The notes below the pieces were generated by a model, which saw nothing but the letters and a program-made list of their open reading frames with translations, was not told where the DNA came from and did no database searches. A stretch of DNA of 35,940 bases, from positions 1 through 35,940 of IMG/VR virus record IMGVR_UViG_3300025853_000286. One strand, 5' to 3'. Origin of the DNA: a virus (Duplodnaviria > Caudoviricetes). The position numbers and the translations under genes were made by a program. Below, one piece after another: positions 30,531 through 35,900 of the stretch (position 1 is its first letter; every line of letters starts with the position of its first letter).

Positions 30531-30929
30531 TTATCTTGTTGCCTCTAAAAGGTATGAGAATTGTTGTTCTTCTGTTTGACCAACAATAGTAAAATATACA
30601 TTTATTTCAAATGCATTATTATCTGGTTCTGGTTTCACGTCAACCTGCGTATCTTCAACTCTGGGTTCATAATTTGAGATAGCAACCTTAATATATTCTT
30701 GTAATAATGCAGCAGTACCAAAATCAATAAATTCAAATAATGTTGGTTTAACATCTGAACCGAATGAAAGATTAAAAAACCTCTCATTCGGAACAGTTTG
30801 TATGATGTTTTTTATTGATCGTTTGATCGCAGTTTCATTCAACAGCACAGAAATATCTTTTGTAACTGGATGCATATCAAAAGATAAATCAATATCTTTA
30901 AATGTTGTTGATATTCGTTCTGTTGGCAT
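30531..30929 (-). CDS. gp25: Baseplate wedge subunit (gp25/GPW family)
   Basis: Motifs FKDIDLSF..HPVTKD, AIKRSIKNII.T..NERFF...FGS and ISNYEPRV; position before gp6. Confidence 0.93.
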   Translation of the reverse strand: MPTERISTTFKDIDLSFDMHPVTKDISVLLNETAIKRSIKNIIQTVPNERFFNLSFGSDVKPTLFEFIDFGTAALLQEYIKVAISNYEPRVEDTQVDVKPEPDNNAFEINVYFTIVGQTEEQQFSYLLEATR

Positions 30930-30956
30930 TAACCTGTTAGATCACACGCTTTTTTT

Positions 30957-30964
30957 TATTTATA
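30957..30964 (-). promoter_or_regulatory. T4-type late promoter TATAAATA
   Basis: Exact consensus about 28 nt upstream of the gp25 ATG. Confidence 0.8.
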
Positions 30965-31147
30965 TCACTCTTCAAGTAAATTTTCTTTTTTGATTGTTGC
31001 ATTATCATGCATTACTTCTTGAATACAGTATTCTTCGGCACAATCACTGGTTTTTTGCGGTTTACACCAATAATCTGTAATCAAACTAGTTGTTCCCCAC
31101 ATTTGGTACATGTAGTCTTTGTCTCTGTCTACGGGTGAATTTCCCAT
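30965..31147 (-). CDS. Hypothetical protein (60 aa)
   Basis: MGNSPVDRDKDYMYQMWGTTSLITDY...; AGGAG Shine-Dalgarno just upstream of the ATG. Confidence 0.75.
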   Translation of the reverse strand: MGNSPVDRDKDYMYQMWGTTSLITDYWCKPQKTSDCAEEYCIQEVMHDNATIKKENLLEE

Positions 31148-31206
31148 TTTTCTCCTGTTTTTTGTAAAAAAAAGGAACTTTTTGAGGGGTTACTATCCCT
31201 ATTTGA

Positions 31207-31213
31207 TATTTAT
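31207..31213 (-). promoter_or_regulatory. Probable late promoter ATAAATA
   Basis: ATAAATA overlaps the TAA of the 241-aa gene and precedes the structured leader of the 60-aa gene. Confidence 0.5.
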
Positions 31214-31935
31214 TGTGGATCTAAAGGACGACCATCTTGAGATTTGTACATTTCTTCAGGTTTTTCTTCTTGTTTTTCTTCTTGTTTTTCACGCTCTTTT
31301 GCCGTTTTCCAGAAATATTCATCCTCACGCCCCATTCCAAGGCGATCAAAACCGTTTTCAACACTATAATATTGCGTTGAAACCTTAAAATCAGGCATTT
31401 TAGGGTTTACTGGAGTCAGACTATTGTCAAAAATACGCAATCTGTTGTTTGGATATAGTGCATACTGCCCATTTTCAAGTTCAATGAGATTGTGTGACTT
31501 GTGTTCGGCAGGATTTTCACTCGTTGCCCAGTCAACATAGTCTGGATCATGGTGATAATTATCAATTGTACAAATATAAGTGCCTTTTATGATGCCATGA
31601 TCACGTGTATAGCACTCAAAATCCATAGAACCAATGAATTTTTTATCAACTGATACTACTCCATAATCCATACAGTTCCAAAACTGTAGGTTTGGGAGGG
31701 ACATATCAGGAGAAGGTGTTTCAGGATCCGAGACAAAGGCGCTGATAGGCAATTTGTCGTACATTGCGGCATATTCTGGTAAATATGTCTCAAAATAAAA
31801 AGCACGCCCAGGAATCGATTTAACCGAAACCCAGACGCCCTTTACAAATTCGCCATGTCCACTTTGATGATCTGTTAGATATTCTTTTCTAACCCATACC
31901 TCCATTGATGGAAGATTAGCAATCAAACATGCCAT
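31210..31935 (-). CDS. Conserved phage hypothetical protein (241 aa)
   Basis: Motifs LIANLP...VRKEYL.D...GHGEF, AMYDKLPISAF, LQFWNCMDY, EHKSHN and GQYALYPNNR, which I recognise from phage genomes. Function unknown. Confidence 0.8.
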   Translation of the reverse strand: MACLIANLPSMEVWVRKEYLTDHQSGHGEFVKGVWVSVKSIPGRAFYFETYLPEYAAMYDKLPISAFVSDPETPSPDMSLPNLQFWNCMDYGVVSVDKKFIGSMDFECYTRDHGIIKGTYICTIDNYHHDPDYVDWATSENPAEHKSHNLIELENGQYALYPNNRLRIFDNSLTPVNPKMPDFKVSTQYYSVENGFDRLGMGREDEYFWKTAKEREKQEEKQEEKPEEMYKSQDGRPLDPQ

Positions 31936-31963
31936 TGAATAGTTACAAAACTATAAGTATGTA

Positions 31964-32098
31964 TCAACGACCTTGACCGCGATAACGCTTCTTACGCCCA
32001 TTACGAGACGTTGCGCTCAACTTGGTGTGCTGCCCACTCCCTTGCCGAGATTTTTTGGGACGCCCTTCAACATAACCGCCACCTTTACGCATTGCCAT
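31964..32098 (-). CDS. Small, very basic protein ending in KKRYRGQGR (44 aa)
   Basis: Not in the ORF track. Translation: MAMRKGGGYVEGRPKKSRQGSGQHTKLSATSRNGRKKRYRGQGR. AAGGAG Shine-Dalgarno upstream. Confidence 0.8.
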   Translation of the reverse strand: MAMRKGGGYVEGRPKKSRQGSGQHTKLSATSRNGRKKRYRGQGR

Positions 32099-32103
32099 AA
32101 TGA

Positions 32104-32268
32104 TTAGTCTCCTTTAATAAATTCAGTCTTTAGTTCGTTTGGATTTGGAGAGTTATGCTCATAAAATTGTTGAGCATAATCCTCCATGATATCGAAATAC
32201 TCTTCCTCTGAAAGGTCTGAGTGAATTACTTTACCTTTTTTGAGAATGTTATATCTCTCGTTAGCCAT
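32104..32268 (-). CDS. Small acidic hypothetical protein (54 aa)
   Basis: Not in the ORF track. Translation: MANERYNILKKGKVIHSDLSEEEYFDIMEDYAQQFYEHNSPNPNELKTEFIKGD. The ATG abuts the upstream TGA. Confidence 0.75.
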   Translation of the reverse strand: MANERYNILKKGKVIHSDLSEEEYFDIMEDYAQQFYEHNSPNPNELKTEFIKGD

Positions 32269-33030
32269 TCAAATAACCCTTGTTTTTTCGTGACCAACTC
32301 TGATGTTTGGATCACACCAGATTTCAAAGCCTGCTTCCTTTGCATCTAAACAGAAAGATACGTCTTCTCCACACATATCCTGAACCTCACCAGATTCAAA
32401 AACTTGCATCTTAGGTGCAAACCAAGGATACTTCATATCCTCATGTTCAAATACACCATTCTTGATCAAAAGCCATCCGAATCCTGCATAGTCAACAGTA
32501 AATGGTTTCTTACGTTTCTGAATACTTTCAAGAGTTTCGTGATTCATCACTCCACCATTGCTTCGGAAATCATCCTCTTCCATCCAGTGTGCAACAGAAG
32601 TTGTGTGACCATCTTCTGTACAGTACCATCCACTTGCAATGTCCTTATCCATCAAAACAAGTTGGAGAAGTTTTTGAGTGTTGAAAACAATATCACTATC
32701 AATCCACAATTGATAATCATAATTCAGTTTTCCATCCCAAGGCAATTGATCTGGACCACGTAGTACATTTGCACCAAGACACTTACATCGTGCAAAGTTT
32801 ACCATGGAACTATAATCTTGTGAGATTTGAATACTTGCTCCAATCTGCACAAGATCAAAACACATCTGTACAAAGTTTTTCAGATATGTGTAAGAAACTC
32901 CTCTACCTGGCAGGCAAAACACAATTGATTTGCCCTTTAACATTTCTTTTGCTTTCTCGTAATCATACTCTGGTTCTGTAGGAGATGATTTCGTAGGTGC
33001 TTTTGCTTTTACAGTAAATCCTTTAGCCAT
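32269..33030 (-). CDS. GT-A fold (GT2-like) glycosyltransferase
   Basis: VNFARCK; DxD motif in YDYQLWIDSDIVF; DIASGWY; AGFGWLLIK..VFE; YPWF; GEDVSFCLDAKEAGFEIWCD...VGH. Confidence 0.8.
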   Translation of the reverse strand: MAKGFTVKAKAPTKSSPTEPEYDYEKAKEMLKGKSIVFCLPGRGVSYTYLKNFVQMCFDLVQIGASIQISQDYSSMVNFARCKCLGANVLRGPDQLPWDGKLNYDYQLWIDSDIVFNTQKLLQLVLMDKDIASGWYCTEDGHTTSVAHWMEEDDFRSNGGVMNHETLESIQKRKKPFTVDYAGFGWLLIKNGVFEHEDMKYPWFAPKMQVFESGEVQDMCGEDVSFCLDAKEAGFEIWCDPNIRVGHEKTRVI

Positions 33031-33053
33031 AATGGAAATAATTTTACGTCAGT

Positions 33054-33082
33054 ATCATACAGTAATTATGTATAAGTGTCAA
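33054..33082 (-). promoter_or_regulatory. Sigma70-type promoter TTGACA-N17-TATGAT
   Basis: Consensus -35, 17-nt spacer and a 5/6 -10 box, 23 nt upstream of the glycosyltransferase ATG. Confidence 0.8.
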
Positions 33083-33255
33083 TCCCCGCTATATTCGGAT
33101 ATTACGATCTCATTACCCTCGACTTTTAAATCTAAAACAGTATCTTCATACCATCCAAATTCATTTAAAATCCATTCGGGAAGTACCATTAAATAATCTC
33201 CAGTAACAGGATCCACACTAACAGTAGTTGTTTCATTCTCCCTATTTTTTTTCAT
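33079..33255 (-). CDS. AbrB/MazE/SpoVT-like DNA-binding protein (58 aa)
   Basis: Not in the ORF track. Translation: MKKNRENETTTVSVDPVTGDYLMVLPEWILNEFGWYEDTVLDLKVEGNEIVISEYSGD. The pattern G...v.lP..i....gw..d..l.l.veg..ivi fits a swapped-hairpin barrel. Confidence 0.7.
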   Translation of the reverse strand: MKKNRENETTTVSVDPVTGDYLMVLPEWILNEFGWYEDTVLDLKVEGNEIVISEYSGD

Positions 33256-33473
33256 ACTATCAATCGCTTTAATATTTTATATAGTATTTGAGAATACTTG
33301 ATGCAACCCTATGGGCGAATTTTTTGTGCGAAAAAAATTTTGACTTTCGCTGTAACATTGTTCTCGCTTGGGTAACACTTTATAGATTAGGGGATCCATT
33401 GGTTTTTAGCCACGCGCCCCGCGCCACGACGGCACCCCCTAGGGGGCACTGCTGTGGTCACGAACGAATGGCG

Positions 33474-33656
33474 TCAGCGCACGTCTGCCAGGGCGCTTGC
33501 CTTGGTGCTCTGGTGCACGGAGCGGGAACCTGCCCCAGTGCGAACGCGGGAGGATCCGCCTTTGATGCGGGAGGTCCAGCGGTTCGCTTTGCTGCCATGA
33601 GCAACGGGCAGGCGGGTGACCTTGAATTGAATGCCGTCGATTGTTGCGGTGTTCAT
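33474..33656 (-). CDS. Small basic early-type hypothetical protein (60 aa)
   Basis: Start reassigned to MNTATIDGIQFKVTRLP..., because a promoter lies at 33678-33706. Confidence 0.65.
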   Translation of the reverse strand: MNTATIDGIQFKVTRLPVAHGSKANRWTSRIKGGSSRVRTGAGSRSVHQSTKASALADVR

Positions 33657-33677
33657 TGGATCGGTGCGCTTGGTGGT

Positions 33678-33706
33678 ATTGTACAGGATCTGGGGCGTTA
33701 ACGCAA
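33678..33706 (-). promoter_or_regulatory. Sigma70-type early promoter TTGCGT-N17-TACAAT
   Basis: Correct spacing, 21 nt upstream of the ATG at 33656. Confidence 0.7.
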
Positions 33707-33709
33707 CCC

Positions 33710-33916
33710 TCAGGCGAGGGCGTAATCGTTGATCCATGCGCCCGCGCTTTGCTTCGGATTCAGCAGCAAGCGGAGCATGTCGCGGCGGCGCACGGTGTGG
33801 GCGCTGTAGTGACCCGACTGCCAGAAAACCATGGCATGGCGGCGGAAGGGATAGAGGCGGATCTCCTCAGAGGCGCTGCTCTGGGGGGTGGCGAAGACGA
33901 GGCAGGTGTTGATCAT
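33710..33916 (-). CDS. Small hypothetical protein (68 aa)
   Basis: Preceded by an extended -10 promoter; fills the space between two cassettes. Confidence 0.65.
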   Translation of the reverse strand: MINTCLVFATPQSSASEEIRLYPFRRHAMVFWQSGHYSAHTVRRRDMLRLLLNPKQSAGAWINDYALA

Positions 33917-33937
33917 GGGGGGGTTGCGCTTGGTGCT

Positions 33938-33946
33938 ATTGTAGCA
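33938..33946 (-). promoter_or_regulatory. Extended -10 promoter TGcTACAAT
   Basis: TGn plus TACAAT. Positions 33925-33943 match 33665-33683 at 18 of 19 nt. Confidence 0.65.
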
Positions 33947-33966
33947 CGGATGGGGGGCGGATCCCC

Positions 33967-34203
33967 TCAGAGTTCCGCCATCATCTCATTCATCTCAGCG
34001 GCGTCGATGGCGGGGTCGGTCCATGCCACGTCATCACCAGTCATGGTGCGAGCGCAGTTGTCCATGCAACGTTGGAAGATCGCCCAAGGGTTGTCGCCTG
34101 CCTCACAGTACGTCACACACGCCTTAGCGGTGTTGTACAGGAAGCGGTCGTTCTGAATCCAGAGGGATGCATTCCAGGTTTCGTAGTTGGCAAATCCGTT
34201 CAT
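33967..34203 (-). CDS. Conserved small phage protein (GxxNYETWN..LWI.ND family)
   Basis: MNGFANYETWNASLWIQNDRFLY...TGDDVAW, a motif I recognise from phage early genes. Confidence 0.8.
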   Translation of the reverse strand: MNGFANYETWNASLWIQNDRFLYNTAKACVTYCEAGDNPWAIFQRCMDNCARTMTGDDVAWTDPAIDAAEMNEMMAEL

Positions 34204-34229
34204 GGGGTTTGGTTCGTTTGCTTGAGTGT

Positions 34230-34286
34230 ATCCTAGTCGATGCCCTGGCAGATCTGCCCCTAGGGTTGTGCCAGTGTGGCGACTGG
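34230..34286 (-). promoter_or_regulatory. Early promoter cassette (TGGCACA box plus -10 TAGGAT)
   Basis: CCAGTCGCCACACTGGCACA-N31-TAGGAT upstream of the ATG at 34203. Confidence 0.6.
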
Positions 34287-34287
34287 A

Positions 34288-34440
34288 TTAGAAGTCGATG
34301 GGGGTGAGGGTTGGGACGTAACTAGGACGCTGACCAGGTTTGTCATCACTATCCCCCAAAACAATAGTGTCAAGAATTCGGAGAATTTCGCTACCCGTAG
34401 AACCCTGGCGGAGGAGCGAAATGAGAACATTGCGGGTCAT
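34288..34440 (-). CDS. Small hypothetical protein (50 aa)
   Basis: Not in the ORF track. Translation: MTRNVLISLLRQGSTGSEILRILDTIVLGDSDDKPGQRPSYVPTLTPIDF. It fills the gap on the coding strand. Confidence 0.7.
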   Translation of the reverse strand: MTRNVLISLLRQGSTGSEILRILDTIVLGDSDDKPGQRPSYVPTLTPIDF

Positions 34441-34457
34441 TTTGAAAAAAAAGGTAT

Positions 34458-34486
34458 AAAGAAAGAGGGGAGGATTAATCCCCTCT
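34458..34486 (-). terminator. Probable intrinsic terminator
   Basis: AGAGGGG-N9-CCCCTCT hairpin followed by TTCTTT, 5 nt after the TGA of the 120-aa ORF. Confidence 0.6.
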
Positions 34487-34491
34487 AAGTG

Positions 34492-34854
34492 TCATCCAGC
34501 AAGGCGCATTCCGTTGGTGAAAGGAATAGTCCGCATTGCCTTTTCAGTCAGGTCGAACATTTGAATGAACCACTCACATTGCTTCTGGAAAATGTACTCT
34601 TGCTTGGTTCCGCAAGTGTAACCAAACTCAGAAAGAAGTGCATTTAGACGTGACTTTGTGGTCATTGATTGACGACCACCGTCAAATAGTTTCAGGAAGT
34701 CATCACCAACCTCAGCAATCTTAGATCCGTGAAGATATACATGGGACACGGGAGGGTTGACATTGTCGCAAGTGTGAATAACCTCAGTGTTTGCAGATTT
34801 CCAGTCAGTGTTACCTTTGATGGCGGCAATCATTTCAGATTCGATCTTACGCAT
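34492..34854 (-). CDS. Conserved cyanophage early-type hypothetical protein (120 aa)
   Basis: MRKIE...W..ANTEV...VYLHGSKIA...DGG.QS.TTKSRLNALL...IFQK...WF. Confidence 0.8.
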   Translation of the reverse strand: MRKIESEMIAAIKGNTDWKSANTEVIHTCDNVNPPVSHVYLHGSKIAEVGDDFLKLFDGGRQSMTTKSRLNALLSEFGYTCGTKQEYIFQKQCEWFIQMFDLTEKAMRTIPFTNGMRLAG

Positions 34855-34879
34855 GAGGTCGTTTCGTTTGAACTAGTTC

Positions 34880-34933
34880 AATATAGTCGGTCTGGGGGAG
34901 CGTGCGTCTTTTGTGTGCCACTTCCCCGACCGC
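34880..34933 (-). promoter_or_regulatory. Early promoter cassette (TGGCACA box plus -10 TATATT)
   Basis: GCGGTCGGGGAAGTGGCACA-N28-TATATT upstream of the ATG at 34854. Confidence 0.6.
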
Positions 34934-34946
34934 ACACAGGCGGCCG

Positions 34947-34979
34947 CGATTCTCAATAAAAAATGTATATTGAGAATCG
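34947..34979. repeat. 12-bp perfect inverted repeat (stem-loop)
   Basis: CGATTCTCAATA-N9-TATTGAGAATCG, intergenic. Confidence 0.8.
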
Positions 34980-34991
34980 GAACGGTTAGTG

Positions 34992-35192
34992 TTACCTAAG
35001 GGGTTGCAATCTCACTACCTCAGGTTCACTCTCATCAACCCAGCATGACATAACATGAAACCCAGGATTGTTGCGCTTACAGTTAGCAATTGCTTCCTGT
35101 TGTGTGGGTGCAATGTAACTCAGAACGTCAAAGCGAGAGTAACCATTAGAGTGAAACATTTCACCGTAGATGTTGAACTTAGTCTCAGTCAT
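34992..35192 (-). CDS. Small hypothetical protein (66 aa)
   Basis: ATG coupled to the upstream stop (TAATG). Confidence 0.7.
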   Translation of the reverse strand: MTETKFNIYGEMFHSNGYSRFDVLSYIAPTQQEAIANCKRNNPGFHVMSCWVDESEPEVVRLQPLR

Positions 35193-35344
35193 TAGTCGTA
35201 GGGGAAGAATGAGGAACGGGTTGAATCTGTTGTGTAGGGGATATCAAAATCCTCCCCAAACATTTGATAGTAGAACTCACTGAAGATAGCGAAATCATCT
35301 GGTGTTTCGTTATTCCAGATTTTGAGAATTTCGTCGTAGTTCAT
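35192..35344 (-). CDS. Small acidic hypothetical protein (50 aa)
   Basis: Start reassigned to MNYDEILKIWNNETPDDF..., 1 nt after the upstream TGA. Confidence 0.65.
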   Translation of the reverse strand: MNYDEILKIWNNETPDDFAIFSEFYYQMFGEDFDIPYTTDSTRSSFFPYD

Positions 35345-35345
35345 A

Positions 35346-35525
35346 TCACTCACCGAAGAAAGCAAAGTGTGCATCAAGCACGAAATCGATGACCTCGTCA
35401 GTTGCACTTACGTCGAAACGTTCGCAGAACCAATCGACTGCCATTTCAGATGATGCCATAGTGTCAAACATGAACCCCTGCAGTTCGGAGAGGTTAGAGT
35501 CAGAAAAGAGTTGTGTTTTGTTCAT
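35346..35525 (-). CDS. Small acidic hypothetical protein (59 aa)
   Basis: Start reassigned to MNKTQLFSDSNLSELQGFMFDTM..., directly after a promoter. Confidence 0.7.
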   Translation of the reverse strand: MNKTQLFSDSNLSELQGFMFDTMASSEMAVDWFCERFDVSATDEVIDFVLDAHFAFFGE

Positions 35526-35531
35526 GTGTAC

Positions 35532-35603
35532 ACAATACACGATCTGGGGCGCTGTGCCTATTTCGTGTGCCACCTTGCCAACTGGTCGGGCAGCCGACCA
35601 GTT
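35532..35603 (-). promoter_or_regulatory. Early promoter cassette with upstream stem-loop
   Basis: Hairpin AACTGGTCGG-N4-CCGACCAGTT (35580-35603) overlaps CCAGTTGGCAAGGTGGCACA-N28-TATTGT. Confidence 0.65.
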
Positions 35604-35607
35604 TGTA

Positions 35608-35763
35608 TCACTTAGTGGGGAAATTACGGCAGACAGCATCACATAAAATCTTCACAAGTTCTTCGTCATAATTGACATCAAACTGTGCAAAGTAATCAGT
35701 GATGATACAATCAATGTCCTCCATTAATTGTTCCCTTGCCATGAGCATTTCGAGGCGATCCAT
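35608..35763 (-). CDS. Small acidic hypothetical protein (51 aa)
   Basis: Not in the ORF track. Translation: MDRLEMLMAREQLMEDIDCIITDYFAQFDVNYDEELVKILCDAVCRNFPTK. Confidence 0.7.
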   Translation of the reverse strand: MDRLEMLMAREQLMEDIDCIITDYFAQFDVNYDEELVKILCDAVCRNFPTK

Positions 35764-35765
35764 GA

Positions 35766-35900
35766 TCAATAGTCGGTGTTACCTTTGATGTAAGATTCTA
35801 CGTCAAACTTGTCATCTTTCTCCCATTCTTCCTTGTATTCGATCACATCGAAAATCTCACCAGGGGCATCCTGAATCTCACTCCAAAGTTCGTCAAACAT
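35766..35900 (-). CDS. Small acidic hypothetical protein (44 aa)
   Basis: Not in the ORF track. Translation: MFDELWSEIQDAPGEIFDVIEYKEEWEKDDKFDVESYIKGNTDY. A -10-like TATTGT lies at 35924-35929. Confidence 0.7.
   Translation of the reverse strand: MFDELWSEIQDAPGEIFDVIEYKEEWEKDDKFDVESYIKGNTDY

Noticed and set aside
374-32981. All + strand ORFs in the track within this span (e.g. 374-637, 543-839, 8929-9264, 19568-19945, 32404-32763) and the nested - strand ORF 15858-16061
   Set aside because: They are antisense or out-of-frame shadows of well-supported - strand genes, with no recognisable motifs.
33372-33385. GTA-N8-TAG as an NtcA site
   Set aside because: It mismatches GTA-N8-TAC and has no clear downstream target gene on the + strand.
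33256-33473. tRNA or known structured RNA in the intergenic gap
   Set aside because: No cloverleaf or T-loop motif is recognisable by eye.
33288-34488. + strand ORFs 33288-33701, 33641-34156 and 34276-34488
   Set aside because: High GC makes stop codons scarce. The promoters and recognisable proteins here are all on the - strand.
33665-35603. Spaced repeats as a CRISPR array or integron attC sites
   Set aside because: The repeats are degenerate, irregularly spaced, separated by genes and coincide with promoters. There is no cas or integrase gene in the window.
33657-35642. Longer starts given for ORFs 33474-33737, 35192-35407 and 35346-35642
   Set aside because: The extensions run through promoters or overlap upstream genes. 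The internal ATGs at 33656, 35344 and 35525 fit better.
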